From Eledone cirrhosa (lineage: Eukaryota), in NCBI GenBank assembly GCA_964016885.1, contig OZ024744.1:130882001-130946000 (forward strand): 64,000 nt of DNA. The letters are read 5' to 3'. Each line of letters begins with the position of its first letter. Position 1 is the stretch's first letter. Shown piece by piece: positions 62,564 to 64,000 of this stretch. Position numbers and translations under genes: made by a program. Under the pieces are notes generated by a model, which was not told where the DNA came from, did not search any database, and saw only the letters and a program-made list of their open reading frames with translations.

Positions 62564-63009
62564 TCGGGGTTAAGTTAAGTTGGCGTTATGTTAAGTCAGG
62601 CTTAACTTAAGTTGGGGTTCAGTTAAGTTGGGGGTAAGTTAAGTTGGGGGTAAGTTAAGTTGGGGTTAAGTTAAGTTGCGGTTAGGTTGGGGTTAAGTTA
62701 AGTTAGGGTTAAGTTAAGTTGGGGTTGAGTTAAGTTGGGGTTAATTAAGTGGTGGTTATGTTAAGTTGGGGTTAATTTAAATTGGGGTTAAGTTAACATT
62801 GTGGTTAAGTTAAGTTGGGGTTAAGTTAAGTTGGGGTTAAGTTGGGGTTGAGTTAAGTTGGGGTTGAGTGAAGTTGGGGTTAAGTTAAGTTGGGGTAAAG
62901 TTAAGTTGGGGTTAAGTTAAGTCGGGGTTAAGTTAAGTTGTGGTTGAGTTAAGTTGGGGTTAATTTAAGTTGGGGCTAAGTTAATTTGTGGTTAAGTTAA
63001 GTTGGGGTT

Positions 63010-64000
63010 AAGTTAAGTTGGGGCTAAGTTAAGTTGGGGCTGAGTTAAGTTGGGGTTAAGTTAAATTGGGGTTAAGTTAAGTTGGGGTTAAGTTAAGTTG
63101 GGGTTAAGTTAAGTTGGGGTTTATTTAAGTTGGGGTTAAGTTAAGTTGGGGTTAAGTTAAGTTGGGGTTAAGTTAAGTTGGTTAGTTAAGTTGAGTTTAA
63201 GTTAAGTTGGGGTTAATTTAAGTTGGGGTTAAGTTAAGTTGGGGTTAAGTTAAGTTGGGGTTAAGTTAAGTTGGGGTTAACCCCAACTTAACTTAACCCC
63301 AACTTCACTCAACCCCAACGTAACTCAACCCCAACTTAACTTAACCCCAACTTCACTCAACCCCAACTTAACTTAACCCCAACTTCACTCAACCCGAACT
63401 TCCAACTTGACTTAACCCCAACTTAACTTAGCCCCAACTTAACTTAAGCCCAAAGTCGGGGTTAAGTTAAGTTGGCGTTAAGTTAAGTTAGGCTTAACTT
63501 AAGTTGGGGTTCAGTTAAGTTGGGGGTAAGTTAAGTTGGGGGTAAGTTAAGTTGGGGGTAAGTTAAGTTGGGGTTAAGTTAAGTTGCGGTTAAGTTGGGG
63601 TTAAGTTAAGTTAGGGTTAAGTTAAGTTGGGGTTGAGTTAAGTTGGGGTTAATTAAGTGGTGGTTATGTTAAGTTGGGGTTAAGTTAAGTTGGGGTTAAG
63701 TTAAGTTGGGGTTAAGTTAAGTTGGGGTAAAGTTGGGGTTGAGTTAAGTTGGGGTTGAGTGAAGTTGGGGTTAAGTTAAGTTGGGGTTAAGTTAAGTTGG
63801 GGTTAAGATAAGTCGGGGTTAAGTTAAGTTGTGGTTGAGTTAAGTTGGGGTTAATTTAAGTTGGGGCTAAGTTAATTTGTGGTTAAGTTAAGTTGGGGTT
63901 AAGTTAAGTTGGGGTTAAGTTAAGTTGGGGTTGAATTAAGTTGGGGTTGAGTTAATTTGGGGTTAAGTTAAGTTGGGGTTAAGTTAAGTTGGGTTTAAGT
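63010..64000 (+). repeat. Third copy of the window start (about 405-1396), offset 62,604
   Basis: The CCCGAACTTCC marker (792 vs 63396) and the TTGAATTAAG marker (1329 vs 63933) share the same offset. Confidence 0.85.
63279..63455 (-). repeat. Inverted satellite block 41 (177 bp)
   Basis: Same variants as blocks 1 and 24. Confidence 0.95.

Larger units (their letters stand above)
57650..63010 (+). repeat. Segmental duplication, copy D (partner at about 42600-48200)
   Basis: The same private markers occur in the same order. Inverted blocks at 58412, 60541 and 62410 match those at 43462, 45719 and 47587. Confidence 0.8.
1..64000 (+). repeat. 16-bp G-rich tandem satellite, consensus GGGGTTAAGTTAAGTT (about 4,000 units), telomere-like, with interspersed inverted blocks
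   Basis: The unit is read directly throughout the window and runs off both edges. Single-base variant units (ggggct, gttgag, gtcggg, gttcag, ggtgtt) are frequent, with occasional 11-bp units (TTAAGTTGGGG). Confidence 0.99.

Noticed and set aside
675-63455. Inversions as random sequencing or amplification fold-back chimeras
   Set aside because: Chimeras would have variable breakpoints and mirror their immediate flank. These blocks have fixed breakpoints and heritable variants that are absent from the adjacent arm.
1-64000. Protein-coding ORFs
   Set aside because: TAA occurs twice per 16-bp unit on both strands and the unit length shifts the frame, so all six frames close within a few units.
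1-64000. CRISPR array
   Set aside because: There are no unique spacers. The sequence between recurring cassettes is the same satellite, and no cas genes are present.
1-64000. Canonical telomerase-synthesised terminal tract
   Set aside because: The tract has too many inherited variants, inversions and kb-scale duplications, and no chromosome end is visible in the window.

Overview
The whole 64 kb window is a single non-coding, telomere-like satellite array with a 16-bp consensus unit GGGGTTAAGTTAAGTT, which can be read as (TTAAG)2+TTGGGG and is G-rich on the + strand. No genes, RNA genes, transposons or unique sequence are visible. The array is interrupted 41 times by a short reverse-complement block of the same satellite (202, 177, 154 or 129 bp; about 7.4 kb in total, about 12% of the window). 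Each block starts at a palindromic GGGGTT|AACCCC junction and ends at a conserved CCCAAAGTCGGG junction. Shared variants indicate that all blocks descend from one inversion event. Variant units reveal nested higher-order duplications at 224, 6,303, 8,931, about 14.8-15.0 kb and 32,531 bp, plus a third copy of the window start at +62,604. The array is homogeneous over about 1-40.5 kb and more diverged over about 40.5-57.6 kb. The block at 57,059-57,260 looks ancestral and lies beside a forward tract that mirrors part of it. The organism and chromosomal position cannot be determined from the sequence. All counts and offsets were read by eye.
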